Positions 23,904 to 35,551 of a stretch of DNA of 64,000 nucleotides are shown here, piece after piece. The notes under the pieces are model-generated. The model ran no database searches. It was not told the DNA's origin and saw only the letters and a list, made by a program, of their open reading frames with translations. Position numbers and translations under genes: made by a program. The stretch lies in assembly GCA_037447115.1 (NCBI GenBank), contig JBBIHH010000013.1:18772-82771 (forward strand), in the 5' to 3' direction. How positions within the stretch are numbered: position 1 is the first letter of the stretch; each line of letters starts with the position of its first letter. The DNA comes from Acidobacteriota bacterium. GTDB taxonomy: Bacteria > Acidobacteriota > Polarisedimenticolia > Polarisedimenticolales > JBBIHH01.

Positions 23904-26327
23904 GTGAACGGGTGGATCGTCGCTCAGGCGCTCGTTCCCACCGGAGGAGCCATGGCGCTCCTCGTGGGCGCCGGTGCGCTCGTCCTCGCCGCGGTCGTCT
24001 TCGTCGCCCAGTTACTGGCGCGCCGCGAACAGCGGCGCGAGCTGCGCGAGCTCGTGCTCGTGCTCGAGGAGCTGCGCGCCGGCCGCAGCCGCCGGCGCCT
24101 CGAGGTGCATCCGCGCTCGTCGCTGGCGGTTCTGGGGGACGTGGTCAACCGCTTGGTCCAGGACATCCACGCCCGCAGCCTGGAGTGGAATCGCACGCGC
24201 GAGCAGCTCGAGGCGTTCCTCGAGGGGATGGGCCAGCTGGCGATCGTGCACGTGGATGCGGATTGGGACATCCGCGCCTTGGGCGGGGCAGCGAGGGAGC
24301 TGCTCGGCTGGAGCGAGCAGGAGCTGTTCGCGCGGCCGGTGGAGGAGCTGTTCGTACCGGAAGCCTGGGGCGAGCTGCTCCCCAAGCTCGCGCGGCGCAG
24401 CCTGCGGGAGCAGGCTATCCGCACCCGGACGGCCCTGCGGCGCAGGGACGGGTCGAGCTTCGAGGCGGAGCTGACGGTCCAGCCCGCCCGCAGCGGCACG
24501 GGCGAGGTCACGGGCTATGTCCTGCTGGTGCGCGACATCAGCGCCCAGGTGCAGCTCGAACGCGAGCGCGACAGCGCGCGGGCGCGGTACGCAGGCCTGC
24601 TCGAGGCGCTGCCCGCAGGCGTCCTCGTGGTGCGGGACGGCGAGGTAGCCTATGCCAACCCGCCCGGTGCGCAGCTGCTGGGTGTGGGCGGGGCGGAGCC
24701 GTTGCGGGGCCTGAGGCTGCGGGATCGGGTCGCGGTGCGCGACCTGCTCGTCGTTCAGGAGGCGCTCCAAGCTTGCGCGGCGCAGGGCCGGCCGGCGTCG
24801 GCGGTCTGCACGCTCCTCGGCTCGCGCGGCGAGCCGGCGGCGCACGTCCGCTTCGAATGCCGTCCGCTGAGCGGGGAGGAAGGCGCTGCCGTGCTCGTCT
24901 TCGTCGTGGACGAGACGCCACTCAGAGCGGCCGAGGCGACGGCGGTGCGCCTGCAGGGCCGGTTGCAGGCGCTGGTCGATGCGCTGCCGGATGCGGTGGC
25001 TTGGTTCGAGGTGGATGGAGCGGGCGCCCTGCGGCTGCGGATGGCCAACCGTGCCCTGGCGCAGCTCCTGGGCACAGGACGAGCCACACTGGAGCAGGAT
25101 GCGCCCGAACGCCTCGCGGCGCGCCTGGCCGAGGCCGGCGCCGAAGTTCCCGCGCGCTGGCTCCAGGCGCCGCCCGCCGAGCGGCGGGAGGCGATCTTCG
25201 AGCAGGCCGCGAGCGGGCGGCCGAAAAGCTTCCAGGCCGCGTGGCTGCCCGCAGGGCCGCTCGCGCCCGGGACAGGGGGGGCGCTGCTCCTGCTGCACGA
25301 CTGCACCCATGCCCTGTGGCTCGAGCGGGAGCGCCAGGCCGAGATCGAGCGCCTGCGGCGCGAGCGCGCCGAGCTCGAGCAAGCGCACGAGCGGCTGGAG
25401 CAGGAGCGCGCGGAGCTCGAACGACGCTGCGCGCAGCTGGAGCGCCTGCGCGAGGAGCTGCGGCAGCTCGACCGCATGAAATCGGATCTGCTGGCCAACG
25501 TCTCGCACGAGTTGCAAACGCCGCTCGTGTCCATCAAGGGCTACACGGAAATGATCCTCAAGGAGCGTCTGGGGCCGATCAACGAAGAACAACGCAAGGG
25601 GCTCTCCTTGGCGTTGCGCAACATCGACCGGCTGATCTCGATGATCGACAACCTGCTCCTCGTGTCGCGCCTGGAAAGCGAGATCGGCGAGCTGAAGCGC
25701 ACCGTCTTTGCCCTGCGCCCCCTCGTGGAGGAAGCGCTGGAGCTGCTGGCCGAGGCGATCGCGGCGAAACGGTTGAGCGCGGAGGTGGATTTCGAGGACC
25801 CGGAGATCCGCGTCGCCGGGGACCGCGAGAAGCTCCTGCAGGTGTTCGTCAACCTCCTGAGCAACGCGGTGAAGTTCAACCGGGAAGGGGGCCGGATCGA
25901 GATCCGGGCCCAGCCGATCGAGGCGCACTGGGTCGAGGTGCGGGTGCGCGACACCGGCGTCGGCATCCCCCAGGAGGCGCTGGAGCGGATCTTCGAACGC
26001 TACTACCGGGCGAGCGAAGGCGGCCAGGCGGGTACGGGGATCGGCCTGGCCATCGTGCGGGACATCGTGCGCCTGCACGGTGGCTCCATCCGCGCGGAGA
26101 GCGAGCCCGGCCAGGGGGCGACCTTCATCCTCACGCTTCCGCTCGAGGCCGATGGCCGGGGCTCGGGCAGCGAGGCGGGGGGAGACCCCCAGGCCGGCGA
26201 GCAAGCGCCGAGAAGCGCGCACGATCGCGCCGGCTCGCCCCCCCAGGAGCCGCCTCCGGGCCGCGGCGATCCCGAGGCGCAGCGGCCCCGCCCGCGCTTC
26301 CGGGTCATTCGTCGCCACCCCTCGTGA
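23904..26327 (+). CDS. Membrane-anchored multi-PAS sensor histidine kinase
   Basis: N-terminal TM, PAS repeats, coiled coil, SHELQTP, NLLSNAVKF, DTGVGI, GTGIGL. Confidence 0.9.
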   Translation: MNGWIVAQALVPTGGAMALLVGAGALVLAAVVFVAQLLARREQRRELRELVLVLEELRAGRSRRRLEVHPRSSLAVLGDVVNRLVQDIHARSLEWNRTREQLEAFLEGMGQLAIVHVDADWDIRALGGAARELLGWSEQELFARPVEELFVPEAWGELLPKLARRSLREQAIRTRTALRRRDGSSFEAELTVQPARSGTGEVTGYVLLVRDISAQVQLERERDSARARYAGLLEALPAGVLVVRDGEVAYANPPGAQLLGVGGAEPLRGLRLRDRVAVRDLLVVQEALQACAAQGRPASAVCTLLGSRGEPAAHVRFECRPLSGEEGAAVLVFVVDETPLRAAEATAVRLQGRLQALVDALPDAVAWFEVDGAGALRLRMANRALAQLLGTGRATLEQDAPERLAARLAEAGAEVPARWLQAPPAERREAIFEQAASGRPKSFQAAWLPAGPLAPGTGGALLLLHDCTHALWLERERQAEIERLRRERAELEQAHERLEQERAELERRCAQLERLREELRQLDRMKSDLLANVSHELQTPLVSIKGYTEMILKERLGPINEEQRKGLSLALRNIDRLISMIDNLLLVSRLESEIGELKRTVFALRPLVEEALELLAEAIAAKRLSAEVDFEDPEIRVAGDREKLLQVFVNLLSNAVKFNREGGRIEIRAQPIEAHWVEVRVRDTGVGIPQEALERIFERYYRASEGGQAGTGIGLAIVRDIVRLHGGSIRAESEPGQGATFILTLPLEADGRGSGSEAGGDPQAGEQAPRSAHDRAGSPPQEPPPGRGDPEAQRPRPRFRVIRRHPS

Positions 26328-27171
26328 TCGTGGGCTCCCGCCCTTCGCGAACCCCCGCCGCGCGCTCGCGTCGCTGCCGCGCGGCCTCGAAGAGGAGCAC
26401 CGCGGCCGCCGCCACGACGGGAAGGCTCTCCATGCCGCGCGCCAGCGGAATCCGCACCCGGGTCCAGCGCGCAGGATCGAGCTCGGATGGCAGGCCTCGC
26501 CCCTCGCTCCCGAAGGCGATCGCGAGCGGAGGCCGCAGGTCCAGCGCGTCGTAGCTTCGGCCCCGGTGCGGCTCGGCGGCGAGACGCCGCAGGGGAGCCG
26601 CTTCCAGGCGCGCGCGTGCGTCCTGGGCGCTCGCGTGGGCGGCGGGCCAGTCCAGCAGCGCGCCGGCGCTGGCGCGCACCGTGCGCGGGTGGAACAGATC
26701 GGCGCACGGTTCCACGGCGAGCAGGCCCGAGGCCCCTGCGGCTCGTGCGGTCCGGGCCAGCGCGCCGAGGTTGCCAGGATCCTGGATTCCCCAGGCCAGA
26801 ACGATGCAGGGCGGAGCGCCCGCGTTGGAGACGATTTCCTCGATGCTCCATCGCCGCCGCCGGATTAGCAGCAGCACAGGTTGGGGCGCGCGGGCATCTT
26901 GAAGGCTGGCGAGGACCTCCGGTGCTACCTCGTACGCCCGGATCCCTGCCTGCTGCACGCGCTGCAGTACGTCGCGGCCTTCGGGCTGGTTGGCCAGCGG
27001 CTCGGAGGCCACGAACGCCGCTTCGATGGCTTCCGACCGGCTCAGCGCCTCGAGGGCGAGGTGGACGCCCTCCGCCAGCAGCAGCCCCCGCGAGTCGCGC
27101 AACCGCCGATCGCGGCGCAAGCGGCGGATCTCCCGTAAAAGGGGGTGATGGCGGCCGAGCGGTGTGGGCAC
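26305..27171 (-). CDS. TrmH/SpoU-family RNA methyltransferase
   Basis: QDPGNLGALART, FGSEGRG, ESLPV. Confidence 0.92.
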   Translation of the reverse strand: MPTPLGRHHPLLREIRRLRRDRRLRDSRGLLLAEGVHLALEALSRSEAIEAAFVASEPLANQPEGRDVLQRVQQAGIRAYEVAPEVLASLQDARAPQPVLLLIRRRRWSIEEIVSNAGAPPCIVLAWGIQDPGNLGALARTARAAGASGLLAVEPCADLFHPRTVRASAGALLDWPAAHASAQDARARLEAAPLRRLAAEPHRGRSYDALDLRPPLAIAFGSEGRGLPSELDPARWTRVRIPLARGMESLPVVAAAAVLLFEAARQRRERAAGVREGREPTITRGGDE

Positions 27172-27264
27172 GAAGGGCGATCTCCCCTCTCATGGTAGAC
27201 TCGGCGCGGCCAGCGGCCGAAGCGAGCCCGGCAGGATGGCGCGGCCGGCGCTTCGACGATCCCT

Positions 27265-27945
27265 ATGGATCCACACCTCATCGCGGTCGATCCCCGGCGC
27301 CCGAGCCGGGAAAGCCTGGCTGCGGCGGTGGAGGCGCTGCGGCGCGGCGGGGTCGTGGCTGTGCCGACGGAGACCGTCTACGGCCTCGCGGTGGATCCGT
27401 TTCTTCCCGGGGCGGTGGGCCGCCTGAACCGGCTCAAGGGCAAGCCGGAAAACGCACCGGCGCTGCTCCTTCTGGCGGACGAGTCGCAGCTCCGGCTCGT
27501 CGCTCGCGACCTCGATCGGCGCTTCTACGAGCTTGCGGCGCGCTTCTGGCCGGGACCCCTCACGCTCGTCGTTCGGGCCGCCGAGCAGTTGCCGGCGGAG
27601 GTCTCGGGAGGGAGGGGCACGGTGGCCGTCCGAATTCCGGGTCTCGCCTTGCCCCGCATGCTCGCCGAGGCGCTCGGCCGTCCCATCACCGGGGTGAGCG
27701 CCAATCCCCACGGTGCGCTGCCGGCACGGACGGCGGCGGAGGTGCTGCAGGCCTTCGCGGAATGTGGCGAGCTACACCTCGTACTGGACGGCGGGATTTC
27801 CCCGGGGAGCCGCCCCTCCACGCTTCTGGACCTCACGGAAGAGGTGCCGCGCCTGCTGCGGGAAGGCGCGGTCTCGAGCGAAGCCTTGCGGTCTTTGCTC
27901 CCCGAGCTCGCCGAGGGCGGTCGGGGCGGCGCTGCGCAGGTATAA
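27265..27945 (+). CDS. tsaC: L-threonylcarbamoyladenylate synthase (TsaC/Sua5/YrdC)
   Basis: PTETVYGL, KGK, FWPGPLT, SAN, PSTLLD. Confidence 0.92.
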   Translation: MDPHLIAVDPRRPSRESLAAAVEALRRGGVVAVPTETVYGLAVDPFLPGAVGRLNRLKGKPENAPALLLLADESQLRLVARDLDRRFYELAARFWPGPLTLVVRAAEQLPAEVSGGRGTVAVRIPGLALPRMLAEALGRPITGVSANPHGALPARTAAEVLQAFAECGELHLVLDGGISPGSRPSTLLDLTEEVPRLLREGAVSSEALRSLLPELAEGGRGGAAQV

Positions 27946-27959
27946 TGAAGCTTGCCGTG

Positions 27960-28369
<410 letters not shown>

Positions 28370-28427
28370 GCGGTGCGGCGATCTCTCGAATCCGGGTGGC
28401 CGGGGGAGGGATCGCGCCGCTTTTTTT
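28370..28427 (+). terminator. Intrinsic terminator after rnpB
   Basis: GCGATCTCTC/GAGGGATCGC stem followed by T7. Confidence 0.6.
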
Positions 28428-28530
28428 CGGGCGGTGACGCGGCGGCCGCCGCGCGGACCTCCCGGGCTCGACGCGGAGGACGGCGATCGGTTCCAGGGGC
28501 TCTCCCGCGCGAGAGGGAAACGGCGTTCCC

Positions 28531-29430
28531 GTGCTTCGGCGCGGCGATCGCGTGGAGGTCGTGGCCCCGGCTTTCGCGGTGTCTTCCAGGGCGCTGGGCG
28601 GCGGGCTCCGGTGGCTGGAGCGCGCGGGCTTTCGGGTGAGCCTGGGCCAGTACGTGGGCGCGCGGGCCGGTTATTTCGCGGGAGACGACGCCCAGCGCCG
28701 CGCCGACCTTAACCGCGCGCTCGCCGATCCCGACGTTCGCGCCGTGTGGTTCGCCCGAGGCGGCTACGGCTCGGCGCGGCTGCTCGACGGGGTCGACTGG
28801 GCTCCGTTGCGCCGGCAGGGGAAGCTTCTCGTCGGATACTCGGACATCACGGCGCTTTTCGCCGCGGTTCCCCGGTGGGCGCGTGCGCGCTGTCTGTACG
28901 GGCCCGTCGTCGCGGAACTCGGCCGGCCGGCTTCGTTCCACCTCCCGTCGTTGCGCTCCGCGCTCGCCGGCCGACCGATCACCGAGCGCCTGCCGCGGCA
29001 CAGCGTCCTCGTACCCGGCCGGACCGCGGGTCCCCTGAGGGGAGGCAACCTCACCGTGCTGGCGAGCCTTTTGGGCACGCCCTTCATGCCGGATTTGCGC
29101 GGCAGCGTCGTGTTGCTGGAGGACGTCGGCGAGCCGCTCTACCGGCTCGACCGCATGCTATGGCAACTGCGACGAGCGGGCTGCCTGCGGGGCGTTCGCG
29201 GCGTCCTGGTCGGCTCCTTCGACCCTGTGCCGCGGCCGAGGGAGGGGCGCGAGCGCTCGGTGCGCGAAGTCTTGATGGAGGCGTTGGGCGGCCTGGGCAT
29301 CCCCGTGGTGCACGGGCTGCCGGTCGGGCATTGCCCCGGCAAGTGGACCCTGCCGCTCGGTGGCGAGGTGGTTCTCGATACCCACCGGGGCCGTCTGGTT
29401 TCCGGACTGCGGAGCGAACGGCTTCGATGA
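28531..29430 (+). CDS. LD-carboxypeptidase (peptidase S66)
   Basis: ARGGYG, GYSDIT, GGNL, LEDVGE, GH triad. Confidence 0.93.
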   Translation: MLRRGDRVEVVAPAFAVSSRALGGGLRWLERAGFRVSLGQYVGARAGYFAGDDAQRRADLNRALADPDVRAVWFARGGYGSARLLDGVDWAPLRRQGKLLVGYSDITALFAAVPRWARARCLYGPVVAELGRPASFHLPSLRSALAGRPITERLPRHSVLVPGRTAGPLRGGNLTVLASLLGTPFMPDLRGSVVLLEDVGEPLYRLDRMLWQLRRAGCLRGVRGVLVGSFDPVPRPREGRERSVREVLMEALGGLGIPVVHGLPVGHCPGKWTLPLGGEVVLDTHRGRLVSGLRSERLR

Positions 29431-30308
29431 GCGGGCGCCGCCTGCGGGTGGATCTGGCCTACGACGGCACCGGCCTGCGCGGCTGGCAGGTCCAGCCCCG
29501 CGGCCCCACCGTGCAGGGCTTCCTCGAACAGGCCCTGGCACAGCTGTGCGGGCACGCGGTGCGGGTACGCGCGGCGGGCCGCACTGACGCGGGCGTGCAC
29601 GCCTGCCAGCAGGTGGCGGACGCCTGGGTGGCGACGCGGCTCGACGATGCGACTCTGGAGCGGGCCCTGGGGGCGCTGTTGCCGCGGGCGATCCGCCCTC
29701 TGGCGGTGCGCACCGTCGCCCCCGAATTCGACGCGCGCCGCGACGCGCGGTGCAAAGTCTACCAATACCTGATCGACCGTTCGCCCCGCGGCGATCCTTT
29801 CTTGACGCGCTTCGCGCTCCACGTGCCGGTGCCGCTCGACCTCGAGGCCATGCGCGACGCGCTGCGCCGGCTCGAGGGCCGCCACGACTGGCGGGGGTTC
29901 GCCTCCGGCGACGGGCCGACCGGCCGCACCGTGCGAACGCTCGAACGAGCTGCAGCGGCGGAGGCCGGCGCCCTGCTCGCCCTGACGTTTTTCGGGAGGA
30001 GCTTCCTGCGTCAGATGATCCGCACCCTCGCCGGCACGCTGATCGAGATCGGCAAAGGCCGCTTCCCGCCGGAGCGGATCGAGCGCATCTTGCACAGCGG
30101 GGCGCGCGCGCTGGCGGGGCCCACCGCCCCGGCGCAGGGCCTGTGTCTGGTGCGCGTCCTCTACGCGGAGGACGCGGAGCCGATCGCCGCAGGCCTGGAG
30201 CGCCCGTGGATCGCGCACCAGCCGCCGGCCAGCGGGCCGTGGGAGACGGTGGAGTCGCGGGCCACTTTCCGCGCCCCTGCGGGGCGCGAGTCCGGGGAGC
30301 CGAAGTGA
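29427..30308 (+). CDS. truA: tRNA pseudouridine(38-40) synthase
   Basis: YDGT..GWQ, AGRTDAGVHA, FLRQMIR, TAPAQGL. Confidence 0.95.
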   Translation: MSGRRLRVDLAYDGTGLRGWQVQPRGPTVQGFLEQALAQLCGHAVRVRAAGRTDAGVHACQQVADAWVATRLDDATLERALGALLPRAIRPLAVRTVAPEFDARRDARCKVYQYLIDRSPRGDPFLTRFALHVPVPLDLEAMRDALRRLEGRHDWRGFASGDGPTGRTVRTLERAAAAEAGALLALTFFGRSFLRQMIRTLAGTLIEIGKGRFPPERIERILHSGARALAGPTAPAQGLCLVRVLYAEDAEPIAAGLERPWIAHQPPASGPWETVESRATFRAPAGRESGEPK

Positions 30309-31342
30309 GCGCGAACAAAGCGGTCCTGGTCACGGGCGGGGCGGGCTACATTGGCAGCCATATCGTGCGCCAACTGCGCGAGGCGGGCCGCTCGGTGATC
30401 GTGCTCGACGATCTCTCCGAGGGGCACGCCGCCGCGGTGGGGGATGCGCGCCTCGTGCGGGCGGACTTCGCCGATCGCACGAGCCTCGACTCCATCCTCG
30501 GCGGTGGCGAGGTGAGCGCGGTCGTCCACATGGCGGCCTCGTGCCTGGTCGGCGAATCGGTCAGCCACCCGGCGCGCTACTACGAGAACAACGTGGTGCG
30601 GACGTTGCGATTACTCGATGCGATGCGCGAGCACGGGGTGCGCGCCATCGTGTTCTCCAGCACGGCCGCAGTCTACGGGGAGCCCGAGGCCGTTCCTATC
30701 CCGGAGGAGCACCCCACGAGACCGACCAACCCCTACGGAGAAACCAAGCTGGCCGTGGAGCGCGCCCTCGCCTGGTACCACCAGGCCTACGGCATGCGCT
30801 ACGTCTCCCTGCGGTATTTCAACGCCGCCGGTGCGCATCCGAGCGGCGAGCTGGGGGAAGACCACGAGCCGGAAACCCATCTCGTTCCGCGCTTGCTGCG
30901 CGCGGCCCTGCACGGCGGACCGCCGACCCCGATCTACGGCACCGATTATGCGACTCCCGACGGCACTTGCGTGAGGGACTACGTCCACGTGGTGGATCTC
31001 GCGCGGGCGCATGTCTCGGCCCTCGAGGGGCTGGAGGGCGGGCGTATCGAGGCCGAGGTCGTCAACCTCGGCAACGGCCGCGGCTTTTCGGTGCGCGAGG
31101 TAGTGGAGGCCGTCGCGCGCGTCACGGGCCGCACGCCGCCTACCGTGCCCGCGCCGCGGCGGGCGGGGGATCCGGCGATCCTGGTGGCTTCCTCCGAGCG
31201 CGCCCGCGCCCGGCTCGGCTGGGAGCCCCGCCTGGCGGAGCTCGAGACGATCGTCGCCACGGCCTGGGCGTGGCACGCGAGCCACCCGCACGGCTTCGAC
31301 GACCGGCGAGAAGGGCCGGGCCCGTCCCACCCGGGCGACTGA
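30305..31342 (+). CDS. galE: UDP-glucose 4-epimerase
   Basis: TGGAGYIGSH, FSSTAAVYG, YGETK, LRYFNAAG, DGTCVRDYVHV. Confidence 0.95.
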   Translation: MSANKAVLVTGGAGYIGSHIVRQLREAGRSVIVLDDLSEGHAAAVGDARLVRADFADRTSLDSILGGGEVSAVVHMAASCLVGESVSHPARYYENNVVRTLRLLDAMREHGVRAIVFSSTAAVYGEPEAVPIPEEHPTRPTNPYGETKLAVERALAWYHQAYGMRYVSLRYFNAAGAHPSGELGEDHEPETHLVPRLLRAALHGGPPTPIYGTDYATPDGTCVRDYVHVVDLARAHVSALEGLEGGRIEAEVVNLGNGRGFSVREVVEAVARVTGRTPPTVPAPRRAGDPAILVASSERARARLGWEPRLAELETIVATAWAWHASHPHGFDDRREGPGPSHPGD

Positions 31343-31446
31343 CCCCCGAGGGTCCGGCGAGGCGGCGCGCGGTTGAACCGCCCAGCCGAGGGGACTAGTA
31401 TGCCCGCGGCACCCACCTCCAGCGTGGTCGCCGCAGGGTGGCATCC

Positions 31447-32241
<795 letters not shown>

Positions 32242-32250
32242 CGGGCGGGC

Positions 32251-33075
32251 ATGCGCCGTCTCGCCACCGCCGCCTTCCTGCTGCCCCTGTTCGGGTACGT
32301 CTTCGGTTTCGCCCCGGCCTGGTTCTTCTACGGGCTGACCTCGCTCTGGATCGCGCTGGCCACTTGGGAGTGCTACGGGCTGCTCGAGGCGGCGGGCGGG
32401 CGTCCGTTCAAGGGGCTCGGGCTGCTGGGCACCCTCGGTGTCGTGTGGGCCTTCGTCGGACATGCACCGCACTTCGAGCCGCAAGTGCCGCTCGTGATCC
32501 TGACTCTCGTGGCCTGTGCCTCCGCCCTCGCCTGGCGCAACGACGCGCGCCTCATGCTGCGCACGGCTGCGGAGACGCTCTTCCCGGTGATGTTCGTGGG
32601 GCTCACGCTCGCCCATCCGGTGGCCCTGCGGTCGCTGTCCGACGAACTCGGCCGGCGGTTGCTGTTGCTGCTGCTCATGTGCGTGGTGGCGGCGGATACG
32701 GGCGCGTACTGTCTTGGCCGCTGGCTGGGGCGGCACCCGCTGGCCCCCCTGCTCTCCCCGCGCAAGACATGGGAGGGCGCGGTCGGCGGGCTCGCGGCCA
32801 GCGTCCTCGTCGCCGCCGGGGCGCACCTCTGGCCCCTGACCCGGATCGGCCTCGGGCACGCCCTGGCCCTGGGCTTGCTGCTGGGGCTCGCGGGCCTCGC
32901 GGGGGATCTGGCGGAGAGCATGGTCAAGCGCGCCGCGGGTGTCAAGGATGCCTCGGCCTTGCTCCCGGGCCACGGCGGCCTGCTCGACCGCACGGACAGC
33001 ATGCTGTTCGCGGGCCCGGTCCTCTACTATTACTCCCGGCTGCTGCTCCTGGGACCCGCGGGCACCTCGGGATGA
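32251..33075 (+). CDS. cdsA: Phosphatidate cytidylyltransferase
   Basis: SPRKTWEG, GDLAESMVKR, PGHGGLLDR. Confidence 0.95.
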   Translation: MRRLATAAFLLPLFGYVFGFAPAWFFYGLTSLWIALATWECYGLLEAAGGRPFKGLGLLGTLGVVWAFVGHAPHFEPQVPLVILTLVACASALAWRNDARLMLRTAAETLFPVMFVGLTLAHPVALRSLSDELGRRLLLLLLMCVVAADTGAYCLGRWLGRHPLAPLLSPRKTWEGAVGGLAASVLVAAGAHLWPLTRIGLGHALALGLLLGLAGLAGDLAESMVKRAAGVKDASALLPGHGGLLDRTDSMLFAGPVLYYYSRLLLLGPAGTSG

Positions 33076-34232
33076 GAACGATCGCGCTGCTCGGCTCGAC
33101 CGGTTCCATCGGACGCAGCACCCTGCGCGTCGTCGAGGCCCATGCGGGCGCCTTCCGCGTCGTGGCGCTCGCCGCGGGCCGCAACGTGGAGCGCCTGGCG
33201 GTCCAAGTCGAGCGCCATCGGCCGTCCCTCGTGGCGGTGGCCGACCGGGAAGCCGCGGCGCGCCTGCGCGCCCGGGTTTCCGCGCCGGTGAAGGTCGTCG
33301 AGGGGGCCGAGGGGCTGATCGAGGCCGCCACCCATCCCGAGGCGGATACCGTGGTCTGCGCCCTGGTGGGTGCCCTCGGAGTGCGCCCCACCTGGGCCGC
33401 CGTGGCTGCCGGCCGCCGGGTGGCGCTGGCCAACAAAGAGGCGCTCGTCGTGGCGGGAGCGCAGCTCGTGCAGCTCGCCGCCGAATCCGGGGCGGTGCTG
33501 CTTCCCGTGGACAGCGAGCACAATGCACTCCATCAGTGCCTGCGAGGGGAACCCAAGGAAGCCGTGCGCCGGCTCTGGCTCACCGCCTCCGGCGGCCCGT
33601 TTCGCGACTGTCCGCTGGAGGCGCTCGCAGGGGTGACGCCGGAAGAGGCGTTGCGCCATCCCACGTGGAGCATGGGCCCCAAGATCACCGTGGACTCGGC
33701 GACCTTGATGAACAAAGGCCTCGAGGTGATCGAGGCGCACTGGTTGTTCGGGTTGCGCGCCGAATGCATCCGGGTGGTCGTCCATCCGCAGAGCGTGGTG
33801 CATTCCATGGTCGAGTTCGTGGACGGCGCGTTCAAAGCCCACCTGGGCGCCACCGACATGGCGCATCCGATCCAGTACGCCCTCACCTGGCCCGAGCGCT
33901 GGCCCGCCGCGCTCGAATCGTTCGACCCCGTCGCGGTGGGGCGGCTGGAGTTCTGCGAGCCGGACCCGGAACGCTTCCCGTGCCTGGCGTTGGGCTACGA
34001 GGCCCTCGCGCGCGGGGGAGCCGCCCCGGCGGTGCTCAATGCCGCCAACGAGGTGGCGGTCGCGGCCTTCCTCGAGGGGCGCATCCGCTTCACCGAGATC
34101 CCGCGACTGATCCGGCAGGCACTCGACGTGCTCGGGGACGCCCCGGGCGGCGAGGTGGACGCGTTGCTCGAAGCGGACGCCCGCGCTCGGCGCTGTGTCG
34201 GCGAATGGATCGCCTCCCGCGTGGGCCGATGA
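33072..34232 (+). CDS. dxr: 1-deoxy-D-xylulose 5-phosphate reductoisomerase
   Basis: LGSTGSIG, LANKE, PVDSEH, TASGGPF, HPTWSMG, NAANE. Confidence 0.97.
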   Translation: MRTIALLGSTGSIGRSTLRVVEAHAGAFRVVALAAGRNVERLAVQVERHRPSLVAVADREAAARLRARVSAPVKVVEGAEGLIEAATHPEADTVVCALVGALGVRPTWAAVAAGRRVALANKEALVVAGAQLVQLAAESGAVLLPVDSEHNALHQCLRGEPKEAVRRLWLTASGGPFRDCPLEALAGVTPEEALRHPTWSMGPKITVDSATLMNKGLEVIEAHWLFGLRAECIRVVVHPQSVVHSMVEFVDGAFKAHLGATDMAHPIQYALTWPERWPAALESFDPVAVGRLEFCEPDPERFPCLALGYEALARGGAAPAVLNAANEVAVAAFLEGRIRFTEIPRLIRQALDVLGDAPGGEVDALLEADARARRCVGEWIASRVGR

Positions 34233-35551
34233 TGGCGTTGGTCGAGACCGTCGGGGCTTTTCTGCTCGTGCTCGGCGTGCTCATCTTCGTGCACGAAGCC
34301 GGGCACTTCCTCGCGGCGAAGGCTTTCGGCGTGGAGGTGCCGGTGTTCTCCCTCGGTATCGGGCCCAAGCTCGTCGGCGTGCGCCGGGGCGGCACCGAGT
34401 ACCGCATCTCCTGGTTTCCTCTCGGCGGCTACGTGCGGCTGGCCGGCGACGAGAGCGATCCCGCGCGCACCGGGGCCCCGCACGAGTTTCTCTCGCGCCC
34501 GCGCTGGCAGCGCTTCCTCGTATTCGTCGCGGGACCGGCGGCGAACGTGGCGCTCGCGCTCGTCGTGACCTGGACGGTGCTCCTGGTGTGGGGCAAGGAC
34601 GAGGTGCGGCCGAGCGCGAGCCACCCGGTGGTGGTGGCCGTCGCGCCGGGCTCGCCCGCAGCGGCGGCCGGGATCCAGCCCGGGGATCGCCTGCGCAGCA
34701 TCGCCGGCCGCGACGCGCGCGACCCGCGCACGCTGCGCGACGAGGTGGAGCTCGCGCCGGAGAGCACGAAAGACGTCGTGGTCGAGCGCGAGGGGCATCT
34801 GTTGAGCGTGAGGCTGTTCACGGGCGCCGACCCGCGCTACAAGCTCGGTGCCCCCGGCTGGGCCCTCAGTACCGACAGCGACGCGCCACCTCAGATCGAG
34901 CAGGTGTTGGCTGGCTCGCCGGCAGAGGCGGCGGGCCTGCGCCCGGGCGATCGGATCGTGGCCGTGGAGGGTGAGACGCTGGGCGAGCTCGAGCTGCGGG
35001 AGGTGCTCGCCGCCAGCCCGGGGCGCGCCCTGCGCTTGACCGTGGAGCGCGGCGGCGAGCGGCTGGAGCTCACCGTCGTCCCCGCGGACGAGGGCGGGCA
35101 GGGGCGTCTGGGGGTGCTCTTCCGGCCGGCGGGACTCGTGCACCGTGAGCTCGGACCGCTCGCTGCAGCCGTGGAGGCGGTGCGCGTGAACCTCGAGCTC
35201 ACCGTCCTTGTCTTCGACACGCTCCACCGGATGCTGCGGCGCGAGATCTCGCCGCGGGCCCTTTCGGGACCCATCGAGATCGCGCAGGTTTCCCGGCAGG
35301 CGGTGCGCAGCGTGCGCTCGCTGCTGTCGTTTTTGGCCTTCATCAGCCTGCAGCTCGGGGTGTTCAATCTCTTGCCGGTGCCCGTGCTGGATGGGGGGCA
35401 CATCCTGATCCTGGCGGTGGAGGGGACCTTGCGCCGGGAGCTTTCGCTGCGGGTCAAGGAGCGGGTGATGCAGGTCGGGCTGGTGCTGTTGCTGGCGGTG
35501 TTCGCGATGGTCCTCTACCTCGACGTGATCAAGGCCTTCTTCAGCTCATGA
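34229..35551 (+). CDS. rseP: RIP metalloprotease RseP (two PDZ domains)
   Basis: HEAGH, PLGGYV, AGPAAN, NLLPVPVLDGGH. Confidence 0.95.
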   Translation: MMALVETVGAFLLVLGVLIFVHEAGHFLAAKAFGVEVPVFSLGIGPKLVGVRRGGTEYRISWFPLGGYVRLAGDESDPARTGAPHEFLSRPRWQRFLVFVAGPAANVALALVVTWTVLLVWGKDEVRPSASHPVVVAVAPGSPAAAAGIQPGDRLRSIAGRDARDPRTLRDEVELAPESTKDVVVEREGHLLSVRLFTGADPRYKLGAPGWALSTDSDAPPQIEQVLAGSPAEAAGLRPGDRIVAVEGETLGELELREVLAASPGRALRLTVERGGERLELTVVPADEGGQGRLGVLFRPAGLVHRELGPLAAAVEAVRVNLELTVLVFDTLHRMLRREISPRALSGPIEIAQVSRQAVRSVRSLLSFLAFISLQLGVFNLLPVPVLDGGHILILAVEGTLRRELSLRVKERVMQVGLVLLLAVFAMVLYLDVIKAFFSS

